41,695 bases of DNA from a virus (Duplodnaviria; Caudoviricetes). The stretch covers positions 1-41,695 of the IMG/VR virus record IMGVR_UViG_3300037423_001363, one strand, 5' to 3'. Shown here piece by piece: positions 1 through 8,028 of the stretch. The position numbers and the translations under genes were made by a program. The notes under the pieces are model-generated. The model had not been told where the DNA came from. It worked only from the letters and a program-made list of their open reading frames with translations, and did not search any database. Each line of letters begins with the position of its first letter. The first letter of the stretch is position 1.

Positions 1-127
1 CTGGTCGGCGAGCCGATCGTCCCGCCGACCGCCTCGGTGTACGTGCTCGAAAAGGCCGACGGGGGGATGGAGTCCTGATGTCGGTCCAAGCCATCCCGGG
101 CGCCGACCTGAAGTCGATCGACGAGGC
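1..127. repeat. Terminal direct repeat (copy 1), circular-assembly overlap
   Basis: 1-127 is identical to 41569-41695. It falls inside coding sequence (exonuclease end and ERF start), and 127 is a common assembler k-mer. Confidence 0.95.
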
Positions 128-833
128 TCTCGCCGTGTTCCAGGCCGACATGCCGACCCTCGTCAAGAACAGGGACGGGCAGGCCGGCAACCAGAAGACG
201 AAGTACGCCGACCTGGAGCAGGCCAACGAGGTTGTGCTGTCACGGCTCAACGCGCTCGGCGTGATCTACGTCTGCACGCCGACGCTGCTCGATGACGGCA
301 AGTTCGTCCTCGCCTACGAACTCAAGCACGTCCCGTCCGACACGGCGAAGGTCGGCCGCTGGCCGCTGAAGTTGTCAGAGAATCCGCAGCACATGGGTAG
401 CGCGACATCCTATGGCCGGCGGTACGTGCTGCTCGCCGTCACGGGGGTCGCCGCCGAGAACGAGGACGACGACGGCGATGCCGCCAGCGGCCGTCAGACC
501 GCCCAGCGGCGGCAGCCACAGGCACGCACCGCCCCGGGTGGGCGGACGGCTCAGCGTGCCCCACGACCGGCGCGTGGCGCCCCGCCGCCGCTGCCCGGCG
601 AGGACCCCGACGGACCGGTGGGAGCGGATCAGCACGGCCACATGCGCGCCCTGTGGCGCGAGCTCGGCTACGACGGCGACGAGAACCGGGATCAGCGGCT
701 CGCGATCACCGCGAAGATCCTCGGCCTACCCGATCTGGAAAGCAGCGCCGACCTGACCCGCGCGCAAGCCGACACCGTGATCGACGCGTTGAAGGAACGC
801 AGGCGGCGCGTGACCTCGGACGCCGACGCATGA
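78..833 (+). CDS. erf: ERF-family ssDNA annealing protein
   Basis: KYADLE and PQHMGSATSYGRRYVLLAVTGVAAENEDDDG match the ERF signature (GSAxTYxRRY..L..G..DDDG). Directly follows the exonuclease. Confidence 0.9.
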   Translation: MSVQAIPGADLKSIDEALAVFQADMPTLVKNRDGQAGNQKTKYADLEQANEVVLSRLNALGVIYVCTPTLLDDGKFVLAYELKHVPSDTAKVGRWPLKLSENPQHMGSATSYGRRYVLLAVTGVAAENEDDDGDAASGRQTAQRRQPQARTAPGGRTAQRAPRPARGAPPPLPGEDPDGPVGADQHGHMRALWRELGYDGDENRDQRLAITAKILGLPDLESSADLTRAQADTVIDALKERRRRVTSDADA

Positions 834-1012
834 GTTGGACGTTGCCGGCGAAGGACGGCGCCACCGGGCAGATCCCGTACGAGCTGCTGCGCTGCACCTG
901 CCGCCACCTGTCCCCGGTCCACACGCTGACCACGAACGGGCGCCGCGGCGTGTGCACCGGCGCGGCGTGGTGCAAGTGCGAGGGATTCACCGAAGCCAAG
1001 GAGAGGTCATGA
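830..1012 (+). CDS. Small Cys/His-rich protein
   Basis: ATGA overlap with erf; CTCRH..H..C..CKCEGF. Confidence 0.65.
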   Translation: MSWTLPAKDGATGQIPYELLRCTCRHLSPVHTLTTNGRRGVCTGAAWCKCEGFTEAKERS

Positions 1013-1218
1013 ACCGGACCATGTTCACGCAACTCAGCTACGACGGCGACGAGCTGACCGGCGTGCTGTTTACCCAACTCGCCGAGGGCGAACTGCGCGA
1101 GAACCAGTTCTGGATCTCGCGCGAGGAGGCACAGGATGTCATCCGGATGCTCGCCGAGGCGTTCGACATGTACGAGGTCATGGCCGCCGTCGACAACTAT
1201 CCGATCGATGCCACATGA
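1009..1218 (+). CDS. Hypothetical protein
   Basis: ATGA overlap, AGGAGAGG RBS, MNRTMFTQ. Confidence 0.7.
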   Translation: MNRTMFTQLSYDGDELTGVLFTQLAEGELRENQFWISREEAQDVIRMLAEAFDMYEVMAAVDNYPIDAT

Positions 1219-1469
1219 GCCTGTTCAAAGGCCGCGCGCCGGTCGTGGTCGAGCACACCGTGCCACCCCCGGACATCGTCGACACCGACGAAGCCACCCA
1301 CCTCGAGCAGCAGGCCCGGCTGCGGCACGCCAACCGGCTCATCGACCGCACCCTGACCGCGCAGTCGCTGCTGTACCCGGAGGACCGCAACACCGAACTG
1401 GTCAACCTGTGCCTGGAGTTGCGGGCGACGTTGCGCCCGTCCGAGCCGGATATCCCGAGGCGGTCGTGA
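1215..1469 (+). CDS. Hypothetical protein
   Basis: ATGA coupling, high-GC3 codon usage. Confidence 0.7.
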   Translation: MSLFKGRAPVVVEHTVPPPDIVDTDEATHLEQQARLRHANRLIDRTLTAQSLLYPEDRNTELVNLCLELRATLRPSEPDIPRRS

Positions 1470-1879
1470 TGAGCTTCGACCTGCCGGGTGGCGAGTCCAT
1501 GGCGGCCGCGCTGCGCCGCGCCGAACAGGAACGCGACAGGGCGCTGGCCGAGGTGTCCGGCGTCCGTGCATCACTCGCCGAGCTCGCGGACGAAGTTGAA
1601 GACCTCAAGCGAACGCTCGCCATGCGCACCGGGCAACTGATGGCGGCGACCCGGGAACGCGACCTGGCCCGCGCCGAGTTGGAGTCCGCGCGGCAGGAGT
1701 TGGACGCGGTACGGGCCACGGCGGCCGAGCGGTCCACCGACAAACAGTGGGTTTGCGGACGCTGCGGCTACATGAACACCGGCGGCGGCATCTGCAGGCA
1801 CTGTGGACGAATCCACGTCCCACGCCGTCGCTTCTTCTCGGCGGCCGAGCCCGAACCCGAGACGGGAGACGGGACGTGA
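1469..1879 (+). CDS. Coiled-coil protein with C-terminal Zn ribbon
   Basis: TGATG coupling; heptad-rich region then WVCGRCGYMNTGGGICRHCG. Confidence 0.7.
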   Translation: MSFDLPGGESMAAALRRAEQERDRALAEVSGVRASLAELADEVEDLKRTLAMRTGQLMAATRERDLARAELESARQELDAVRATAAERSTDKQWVCGRCGYMNTGGGICRHCGRIHVPRRRFFSAAEPEPETGDGT

Positions 1880-2094
1880 CCTGCCCGACGACGCCGTACG
1901 GCCGGCCGTGGTGCGCCGAACTGCTCGTCGACTGGATGGCCGCGATGGGCACCGAGGTCACCGTCAGCACCGCGCCGCCGATCGTGGTCGGCCCGTACAC
2001 CGTCGACCCGTTCCGCTGCCCGCACGGTGTCACCTACTGGATCGAACCCACCGGCGAGCAGATCTGCGCCTGGGTCGAGGCGGGAGTGGAGTGA
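1876..2094 (+). CDS. Hypothetical protein
   Basis: GTGA coupling; CPTTPYGRPWC..CPHG. Confidence 0.65.
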   Translation: MTCPTTPYGRPWCAELLVDWMAAMGTEVTVSTAPPIVVGPYTVDPFRCPHGVTYWIEPTGEQICAWVEAGVE

Positions 2095-2390
2095 TGCGGC
2101 CGTCGCTTTGCCTGCCATGCCAGGAAGAGCGCCTGCGATGGCTCGACACCAAGCCGTCGCAGATGTTTCCCAGGTTCGGTTTCGCCCACGGCTCCGGCGC
2201 CCGGTACGACACCAGTGTGGCGGGAGTGCGCGACGCCTGGCGGGCACGGCACGAGAAGTGGCGGGCGCTGGTCCGCGAACAGATGGCCCTGATTGCTGGC
2301 CACTGCCGGGCGGCCGGTCATTCGACTCCCTTGGTTGCGCCCGCCGTGGTGCAGCTGGACCTGCTCGAGCTAATCGGAGGCCCGCCATGA
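2094..2390 (+). CDS. Hypothetical protein
   Basis: TGATG coupling; MRPSLCLPCQEE. Confidence 0.6.
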   Translation: MRPSLCLPCQEERLRWLDTKPSQMFPRFGFAHGSGARYDTSVAGVRDAWRARHEKWRALVREQMALIAGHCRAAGHSTPLVAPAVVQLDLLELIGGPP

Positions 2391-2533
2391 CGCAGCCGCA
2401 CCCGCCGCATCCGTTCGTCGCCGACCCGAACCTGCCCGCCGACCACCGCGGCCGCCGGGTGTGCGCCGCCTGCCACCTGCTCGGCCGGCCGTGTTGTCCA
2501 CAGCCACAGTCCACAGTTTGTGGGGTGTCGTGA
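2387..2533 (+). CDS. Small Cys/His protein, possibly truncated
   Basis: ATGA coupling, GGAGG RBS; HPF..VCAACHL; the 3' end runs into compositionally different DNA. Confidence 0.5.
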   Translation: MTQPHPPHPFVADPNLPADHRGRRVCAACHLLGRPCCPQPQSTVCGVS

Positions 2534-2679
2534 GTGAACCCCCGCCTCTATTCACTACCCAGCCCCCCGCCCGAGGGAACGCCATGGCCGCCGCCGGGAT
2601 GTCGCCTCGCGCGCGGTGATGGTCCCGCGAAGGCCGAGTACGAGAAGCACATGCAAAGCGCGAAAGCGATAGAGAGCGC

Positions 2680-3720
2680 GTGGCAGCAGCGGCCGAGAGG
2701 ACGAAAGAAGTGAATGAACTAGCGCGTCTGGCAGATGCGACGAAAGCGCTGGCCGAGGTATCGACAGCCAGGGATGCGTGGACATTGGTCCGCACGGCCG
2801 AGGCTGCGCGCCGGTACGCCGAGATGCAGGGGCTCGGCCACGAGGCGATCAACTACGCCACCGGCATCAAGGCGAAGGCGATGATCCTGCTCGCCGACTT
2901 CGTAGATGCCGGTCAGGCCGACGGGACAGTCCGGGAGCGTGGGCGGCCGGAAAATGTGGACGGCGACCACATTTTCTCACTGCCCGAGTTGCTTGGCACC
3001 GAGGATTCGCAACAGGCCCGCGACGCCGTACGGAACGCGCGCCGCCTGCGCGATGCGCTTGCTGGGGCTGATGTGGACGCGCTCATCAAGGCGGCCAACG
3101 CCGAGGGCGACGACCTCGGCCTGCGCGGCTTGCGTCGGGCCGCAGCGGTCCAGCGGGGACCAGCCCCTGTCGCTGAGCCCGTGCCGCCACCGCCGGGCCG
3201 GTATCGCTGCCTTGTCATCGACCCGCCGTGGCCGATGCCGAAAATCGACCGGGACGTGCGACCGAACCAGGGCCGCGCACTGGACTACGCCACGATGACG
3301 CCCGACCGGCTGGCCGACGAGGAGTGGCTTCCGGTCCGCACGTCCGCTGACGAAGACTGCCACATCTACCTCTGGGTCACGCACAAGTTCCTACCGCTCG
3401 GGCTCGAGCTGCTGGAGAAGTGGGGCTTCGGCTACCAGTGCGTCATGACGTGGCGCAAGAACGTCGGCATCACGCCCTACTCGTGGATGTACGACACCGA
3501 GCACGTGCTGTTCGGCCGCCGCGGCAACCTGCAACTCACGCAGCTGGGTCTGCGGCTGTCCTTCGACGCGCCCGTGACCGGGCACAGCGTCAAGCCTGAC
3601 GTGTTCTATGACCGGGTGCGTGAAGCAAGCCCCGGCCCGCGGCTCGACATGTTCCCCGGTGTCGCGCACGACGGATTCGAGCCATGGGGACTGGAGGCAA
3701 GTCACCGTGTCGACGTATGA
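2680..3720 (+). CDS. MT-A70 family (N6-adenine) DNA methyltransferase with phage N-terminal domain
   Basis: YRCLVIDPPW, Y.TM, HIYLWVT, WGF.Y..TW.K, TEHVLFGRRG, HSVKPD, RLDMF are all MT-A70 motifs. The start may be GTG 2710. Confidence 0.9.
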   Translation: MAAAAERTKEVNELARLADATKALAEVSTARDAWTLVRTAEAARRYAEMQGLGHEAINYATGIKAKAMILLADFVDAGQADGTVRERGRPENVDGDHIFSLPELLGTEDSQQARDAVRNARRLRDALAGADVDALIKAANAEGDDLGLRGLRRAAAVQRGPAPVAEPVPPPPGRYRCLVIDPPWPMPKIDRDVRPNQGRALDYATMTPDRLADEEWLPVRTSADEDCHIYLWVTHKFLPLGLELLEKWGFGYQCVMTWRKNVGITPYSWMYDTEHVLFGRRGNLQLTQLGLRLSFDAPVTGHSVKPDVFYDRVREASPGPRLDMFPGVAHDGFEPWGLEASHRVDV

Positions 3721-4438
3721 GGAAGACCGCGCGTGGGCGGATAAGTTCATCCCTCACCAGATGGAGATCGCGCGGAAGGTCGTCCGCCTTGATGTAGGCC
3801 CCATTGAGGAAGACCTTCGGCGCAACACCGACTTGACACTCCGCACCCTGATGGACCTGCCCAAACTCGGCAGGCCACTCAGGTTGTCGCTGAGGGTTCG
3901 GCGCCGAGAATATGCCAGCCGGTATGCCGATCAGTTCACGGTCCGCCTGAGCCGCCCGTCCGGTGTCACGACCGAAATGGGCAAGCTGCGTAGCGGATTC
4001 GGCGACCTCACGGTGTATGGCTTCGAATCCGAGCCAGGCAGCGATCGCATGCACCCGTGGTTCCTCGCCAACGCCGAGATGTTGCGCGACTACATCAACC
4101 GCGGCGGCTACTACGAGGTCAAGGACAACAAAGACGGTAGCAGTCAACTCGCGGCCGTCTACCTGGGTGACATGCCACTCGGATTCATCCTGGACTCTGC
4201 AGGCCTCCCCCTCTTGGACGCCAACCGCATCTGGGAACGATGCCGCAAGTGCTGGTGGTGGAAAGCTGATGGCGGTGTGGTCGTACCCACCGCAGACCTC
4301 GGTCATTCGCCGCTCGGCATGCATCTCACCGAGCCGCCCGACGCCATAGCCGGCGTAGGACGCTATTGCCTCGCCTGTGGTTTCTGGTGGCGATCCGGTT
4401 GGGTCATGTCGACAACTGCGCCACGGGTTCAGGTCTAG
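3707..4438 (+). CDS. Putative restriction-endonuclease-like (PD-(D/E)XK) protein with C-terminal Cys4 motif
   Basis: Overlaps the MTase stop; EED..NTDL..SLRVRR..FTVR..SG..TE..K motif; CRKC and CLAC at the C-terminus. Confidence 0.5.
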   Translation: MSTYEEDRAWADKFIPHQMEIARKVVRLDVGPIEEDLRRNTDLTLRTLMDLPKLGRPLRLSLRVRRREYASRYADQFTVRLSRPSGVTTEMGKLRSGFGDLTVYGFESEPGSDRMHPWFLANAEMLRDYINRGGYYEVKDNKDGSSQLAAVYLGDMPLGFILDSAGLPLLDANRIWERCRKCWWWKADGGVVVPTADLGHSPLGMHLTEPPDAIAGVGRYCLACGFWWRSGWVMSTTAPRVQV

Positions 4439-4442
4439 CCGC

Positions 4443-4976
4443 ATGTCTCCGTGGTTCAAGGTGGACGACTCGTTCCACGCACACCCCAAGGTGCTCGCGA
4501 CCGACGCAGACGCGCTCGGCCTGTGGGTAGTCGCTGGGGCCTGGTCCAGCTCGCACCTCACCGACGGGTTCGTGCCTGATCACGCCTTGCCGCGGCTACT
4601 CCCGGGCTCAGCAGATTTGCCTCGGAAGTTGGTGGCCGCGGGTTTGTGGCGCAAGGTGCGAGGCGGCTACCAGTTCCACGATTGGGCGGACTTCCAACCA
4701 AGCTCGAAAGAAGTCAGAGAGCTGCGGGAAAAACGGGCCGAAGCAGGCCGCAAAGGTGGCGTGACCAGCGCACGCAACCGAAGCAACCGCCGGAGCACTA
4801 GCTCAAGCAAACCCGAAGCACGTGCTTCGCCGCCGCTTGAACCCCCGACCCGGCCCCTTCCTTCTACGAAGGAAGGAAGGGGCGGCGGTGCGCAATGCAG
4901 ATTTCACCAAGGCCAACCCGCGCACAACTGCGCGCTGTGCCGATCCGAACAACTCGCCGACCAGGAGCCCACGTGA
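4443..4976 (+). CDS. Replication initiator-like protein
   Basis: PWFKVDDSFHAHPKV..LW..AGAWS..LTDGFVP..LV.AGLW..GYQFHDW.DFQP is typical of actinophage Rep-like proteins. C-terminal CxxH..CxxC; internal palindromes. Confidence 0.75.
   Translation: MSPWFKVDDSFHAHPKVLATDADALGLWVVAGAWSSSHLTDGFVPDHALPRLLPGSADLPRKLVAAGLWRKVRGGYQFHDWADFQPSSKEVRELREKRAEAGRKGGVTSARNRSNRRSTSSSKPEARASPPLEPPTRPLPSTKEGRGGGAQCRFHQGQPAHNCALCRSEQLADQEPT
4803..4882. other. Candidate replication origin inside rep
   Basis: TCAAGC-N5-CGAAGCACGTGCTTCG-N5-GCTTGA (4803-4840) and CCCCTTCCTTC/GAAGGAAGGGG (4854-4882). Confidence 0.45.
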
Positions 4977-5167
4977 CCCGGCATCGCACCGTCGACACCG
5001 ACCGCACCGCCCGCGAACGGCTAATCGACGACCTCATCCGCGAACGGTGGGCGCCGCTGCTGCCACCACCCAAGCCCCGCCCTCGGCGAGCCGACGTGGC
5101 GTTGATGCCGAAGCGGCATCCCGGCGCACGCCCCACCGGCACCGGCTGGCCCGAGGTGACTCGATGA
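4973..5167 (+). CDS. Hypothetical protein
   Basis: GTGA coupling, AGGAG RBS. Confidence 0.55.
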   Translation: MTRHRTVDTDRTARERLIDDLIRERWAPLLPPPKPRPRRADVALMPKRHPGARPTGTGWPEVTR

Positions 5168-5397
5168 GCAATGCCACAGCCCGACTACGGGACCTGATCA
5201 CGGCGGAACTCGACCGACAAGGTGTCACCCAGGTTGAGCTCGCGGCCCGCATCGGCCGCAGCCAGAAACATGTCTCCTGCACCTTGACCGGCGCATCCGG
5301 TCTCGGTTTGAACTTGGCCGAACGGATGCTTGACGCGCTCGGCATGGACTTGGTGCTGACCATCGAACCGCGCGAGACGAGGACGGACCCGAGGTGA
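5164..5397 (+). CDS. XRE-family HTH protein
   Basis: GVTQVELAARIGRSQKHVS..L..AERMLDALG. Confidence 0.85.
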   Translation: MSNATARLRDLITAELDRQGVTQVELAARIGRSQKHVSCTLTGASGLGLNLAERMLDALGMDLVLTIEPRETRTDPR

Positions 5398-5401
5398 CCG
5401 C

Positions 5402-5740
5402 GTGAAGTCGACCTACGAGCCCGTCGCACGCGCACGGCCGACCGCACCCCACGTCACGCGCCGGCAACTCGAGATCCTGCGGCTCATCGCCGACGGCCAC
5501 AACGACCACCAGATCGGTGAACGGCTGAACATCAGCCACCACACCGTCCGGCTGCACAACTCGGCGATGTACGCCGCACTCGAAGCGACCGGCCGCGCCC
5601 ACGCCGTGGCGATCGCCTACCGCACCGGCCTACTCAACACGGATGCCCGTTCCGCCCAGCGCCGCACCGACGGCACTAGCACGCACCCCGGACGTCCCAA
5701 CCCCGCAGAGACCGCCACAGCCCCACAGGAGACCCGATGA
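5402..5740 (+). CDS. LuxR/GerE-type HTH regulator
   Basis: VTRRQLEILRLIADGHNDHQIGERLNISHHTVRLH..L.ATGRAHAVAIAYRTGLL. Confidence 0.9.
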   Translation: MKSTYEPVARARPTAPHVTRRQLEILRLIADGHNDHQIGERLNISHHTVRLHNSAMYAALEATGRAHAVAIAYRTGLLNTDARSAQRRTDGTSTHPGRPNPAETATAPQETR

Positions 5741-6378
5741 GCGACACTCATGGACTCTCGTGGGAACAGGTCGACGGACTCATCTCGCAGACCCACCGCG
5801 AATACCCGCGCGATAGCACCGCCGCCAGCCTGGCAGAAGCCACCAGCCGCCTCCGTACCGAGCTGACCGGCGCGATTCGGCTTCTGCATCGGACCTACGG
5901 CCCTGGCCTGCCACTCGCGGACCTCGCCGACGAGATCGCCCGGCAGGACAGGTTCCACCCATCCGGCTACCCGGCAACCCGCGACGGCGTCTTCCTAGGA
6001 ATCACCACCGCCGTGCACGAACTGGACCGGGAAGCGATCGACGCCTGGCGCAGCGACCGCTGCCGCTGCGAAACCCCGCTCTGCGGGCATGCCGACTGGG
6101 GAACCACCCGCGGCGAGATGCTCCAAGCTGCCGCGATCATCATGCGAACGATCCGCTCGATCGATGACACGACCTCACGCCCAAGGACCGCTGAAAAGCC
6201 CGTGGACGACCAGCCGATAGTCAACACCGACCCGCCAAGCGTCCGATGCCGCATGTGTGGCCGCCGCGCCCGCTGGGATGGGCCTCGCTGGATCACCTGC
6301 CGCCGATGTTGCTGGTCGTCGAGCGACCCCCGCCGTACCGGCATCTGGTGGCACATTCGAGTCTGGATCGGCCGCTGA
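5737..6378 (+). CDS. Hypothetical protein; possible MazG-like helical segment and C-terminal Zn ribbon
   Basis: EMLQAAAIIMRTI resembles the MazG-like helix; CRMC..CRRC. Confidence 0.55.
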   Translation: MSDTHGLSWEQVDGLISQTHREYPRDSTAASLAEATSRLRTELTGAIRLLHRTYGPGLPLADLADEIARQDRFHPSGYPATRDGVFLGITTAVHELDREAIDAWRSDRCRCETPLCGHADWGTTRGEMLQAAAIIMRTIRSIDDTTSRPRTAEKPVDDQPIVNTDPPSVRCRMCGRRARWDGPRWITCRRCCWSSSDPRRTGIWWHIRVWIGR

Positions 6379-6560
6379 TGACCGGTGAGGGGCGTCGGGA
6401 CCTGCGCCGATACCGGCAAGGCGCAGGCAAAATCCCGAAAACCCACCGCGCCGCCGACTACAGCAACGGCCGCAAAGGCGGCTGCGCCATCACCGCGCTC
6501 GTCCTGGCGGCAATGCCCGCGGCCGGCGTGTGGGCCCTGATCGAACGGCTGGTGAGCTGA
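6378..6560 (+). CDS. Small protein with C-terminal hydrophobic helix
   Basis: TGATG coupling; CAITALVLAAMPAAGVWALI. Confidence 0.6.
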   Translation: MTGEGRRDLRRYRQGAGKIPKTHRAADYSNGRKGGCAITALVLAAMPAAGVWALIERLVS

Positions 6561-6561
6561 C

Positions 6562-7227
6562 GTGAGTGGAGCCGATCACCTCGACGACATCATCGACGAA
6601 CTCCTCGTCCTGTGGCCCGCACTACCCGCCGCACTCCCACGCGACGCCGGCACCTCATCCGGGGAACGCGTCACCCAATCCGAGAACGTCCACTCCATCC
6701 CCCTCAACCCAGACGTCGCCACCGTCATCACCGACCTACAACGCGAGATCCCCCACTGGGCCGCCTGGGCCGCTGAGACGGCCGGAGAAGCCCCAAACCC
6801 CGCCCGGGACATCCCAACCCACCTCGCACACCTACGACGCCTCCACGACCGTCTCAACCGGTCCGGCCGCACCCGCGACGCCGCACGCCTACACGACACG
6901 GCGCAACGGTGGCGCACCGACGCGCGACGCGCCCTCGGCCTCAACGAACCCGACCGGCCCATCGGCACCGACCACTACTGCCCCCGCCACGACGAACCAC
7001 TCACCCCGCTCGTCATGCCCGGCCGACACGGCAACCTCCGCTATACCCGCATCGACCCGGCCGGCCGGCCAGTGGACGCCACCGTCGAATGGTCCCGCCT
7101 CGAGGTGGTGCTCTGCCGCCACTGCGACGCCAAGTGGACACCCGAGCGGTACATGCTCCTCGGCCGGCTCATCCGCCAAGCCAACCGCGACCGCGCCGCA
7201 CGCGTCGAGGCCGGCGATGCAGCCTGA
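6562..7227 (+). CDS. Zn-finger protein, candidate late-gene regulator
   Basis: CPRH..CRHC..W; last large early gene before the putative late promoter. Confidence 0.65.
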   Translation: MSGADHLDDIIDELLVLWPALPAALPRDAGTSSGERVTQSENVHSIPLNPDVATVITDLQREIPHWAAWAAETAGEAPNPARDIPTHLAHLRRLHDRLNRSGRTRDAARLHDTAQRWRTDARRALGLNEPDRPIGTDHYCPRHDEPLTPLVMPGRHGNLRYTRIDPAGRPVDATVEWSRLEVVLCRHCDAKWTPERYMLLGRLIRQANRDRAARVEAGDAA

Positions 7228-7393
7228 CCGCCGCCTCATCCCCACCAACATCGCCGCCATCGCACTCGGCGTCACACCCGCCGCCGTCCGCCAACTCGCA
7301 CACCGCCGCCGACTCACCCGCTACGGCACCCGACGACGCGCCCTCTACGACCTCAACGAGCTGGAAACACTCCGACCGGACACTGAGAGTTGA
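7217..7393 (+). CDS. Small HTH DNA-binding protein
   Basis: IAAIALGVTPAAVRQLAHRRRLTRYG..LYDLNEL (excisionase/MerR-like HTH). Confidence 0.7.
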   Translation: MQPDRRLIPTNIAAIALGVTPAAVRQLAHRRRLTRYGTRRRALYDLNELETLRPDTES

Positions 7394-7470
7394 CCATCAC
7401 CCCGACCTGTGTCACGCTTCCCTGCAGGCGGGAGTCCGCCCAAAGCCCTGGCGTGACAGCCGGGGCTTCG
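7390..7470 (+). promoter_or_regulatory. Putative late promoter followed by leader hairpins/attenuator
   Basis: TTGACC(7390)-N17-CACGCT(7413); hairpins GGCGG-GAGT-CCGCC and AAGCCCTGGC/GCCGGGGCTT (7443-7468). Confidence 0.5.
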
Positions 7471-7490
7471 TCGTATCCGGGGAGGGTTCG

Positions 7491-7625
7491 ATGCTCCTCG
7501 TCCTACTCGCATTCATCGCGTTCGCCTGCGCCGCCATCCTCGCCGGCATCCAACGTGCGTGGGCTGTCGCGCTCATCGCGGTCGGCCTGGCCCTGGTCAC
7601 CCTGCCCGGCCTACACCTGGGGTGA
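7491..7625 (+). CDS. Small two-TM membrane protein
   Basis: GGGAGG RBS; MLLVLLAFIAFACAAILAGIQRAWAVALIAVGLALV. Confidence 0.7.
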   Translation: MLLVLLAFIAFACAAILAGIQRAWAVALIAVGLALVTLPGLHLG

Positions 7626-7628
7626 GCC

Positions 7629-7943
7629 ATGCCCAGCCGCCCATGCCTCGACTGCAGGCGGCTCACTACCCGGTCTGACTCCCGTTGCCCCACCTGCGCC
7701 AGCATCCGCAACAGGCAACGCGGCACACGGCAGCAGCGTGGACTCGGCCGCGACTACGACCGCGCGAGAGAACGGGCGCTGACGGGTGCCACGCACTGCG
7801 CCACCTGTGGCCAGCCGTTCACCCCCGATAACCCGGCCACCGGCGGCCACGTCAAGGCCCGCCGCCACGGCGGCACCACCGCTGACGGCATCAAGCCCGA
7901 GTGCCAACGGTGCAACTACGGCTGGGAGAAGACCGGCAGTTAA
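7629..7943 (+). CDS. HNH endonuclease (packaging-associated type)
   Basis: PCLDC..RCPTC; CATCG..GGHV..GG..ECQRCN; upstream of terS. Confidence 0.85.
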   Translation: MPSRPCLDCRRLTTRSDSRCPTCASIRNRQRGTRQQRGLGRDYDRARERALTGATHCATCGQPFTPDNPATGGHVKARRHGGTTADGIKPECQRCNYGWEKTGS

Positions 7944-8028
7944 AGTCCACACGCCTGCGGATTGATCCCCGCGGGTAGGAAGCCCTACGTCTCCCGGCGT
8001 GGGGCTTCCGCCATTCCGGGAGAATCCG

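Noticed and set aside
1-127. 127-bp terminal repeat as a biological DTR or att site
   Set aside because: It lies mid-operon, matches a common assembler k-mer, and the terS/HNH layout suggests cos packaging elsewhere.
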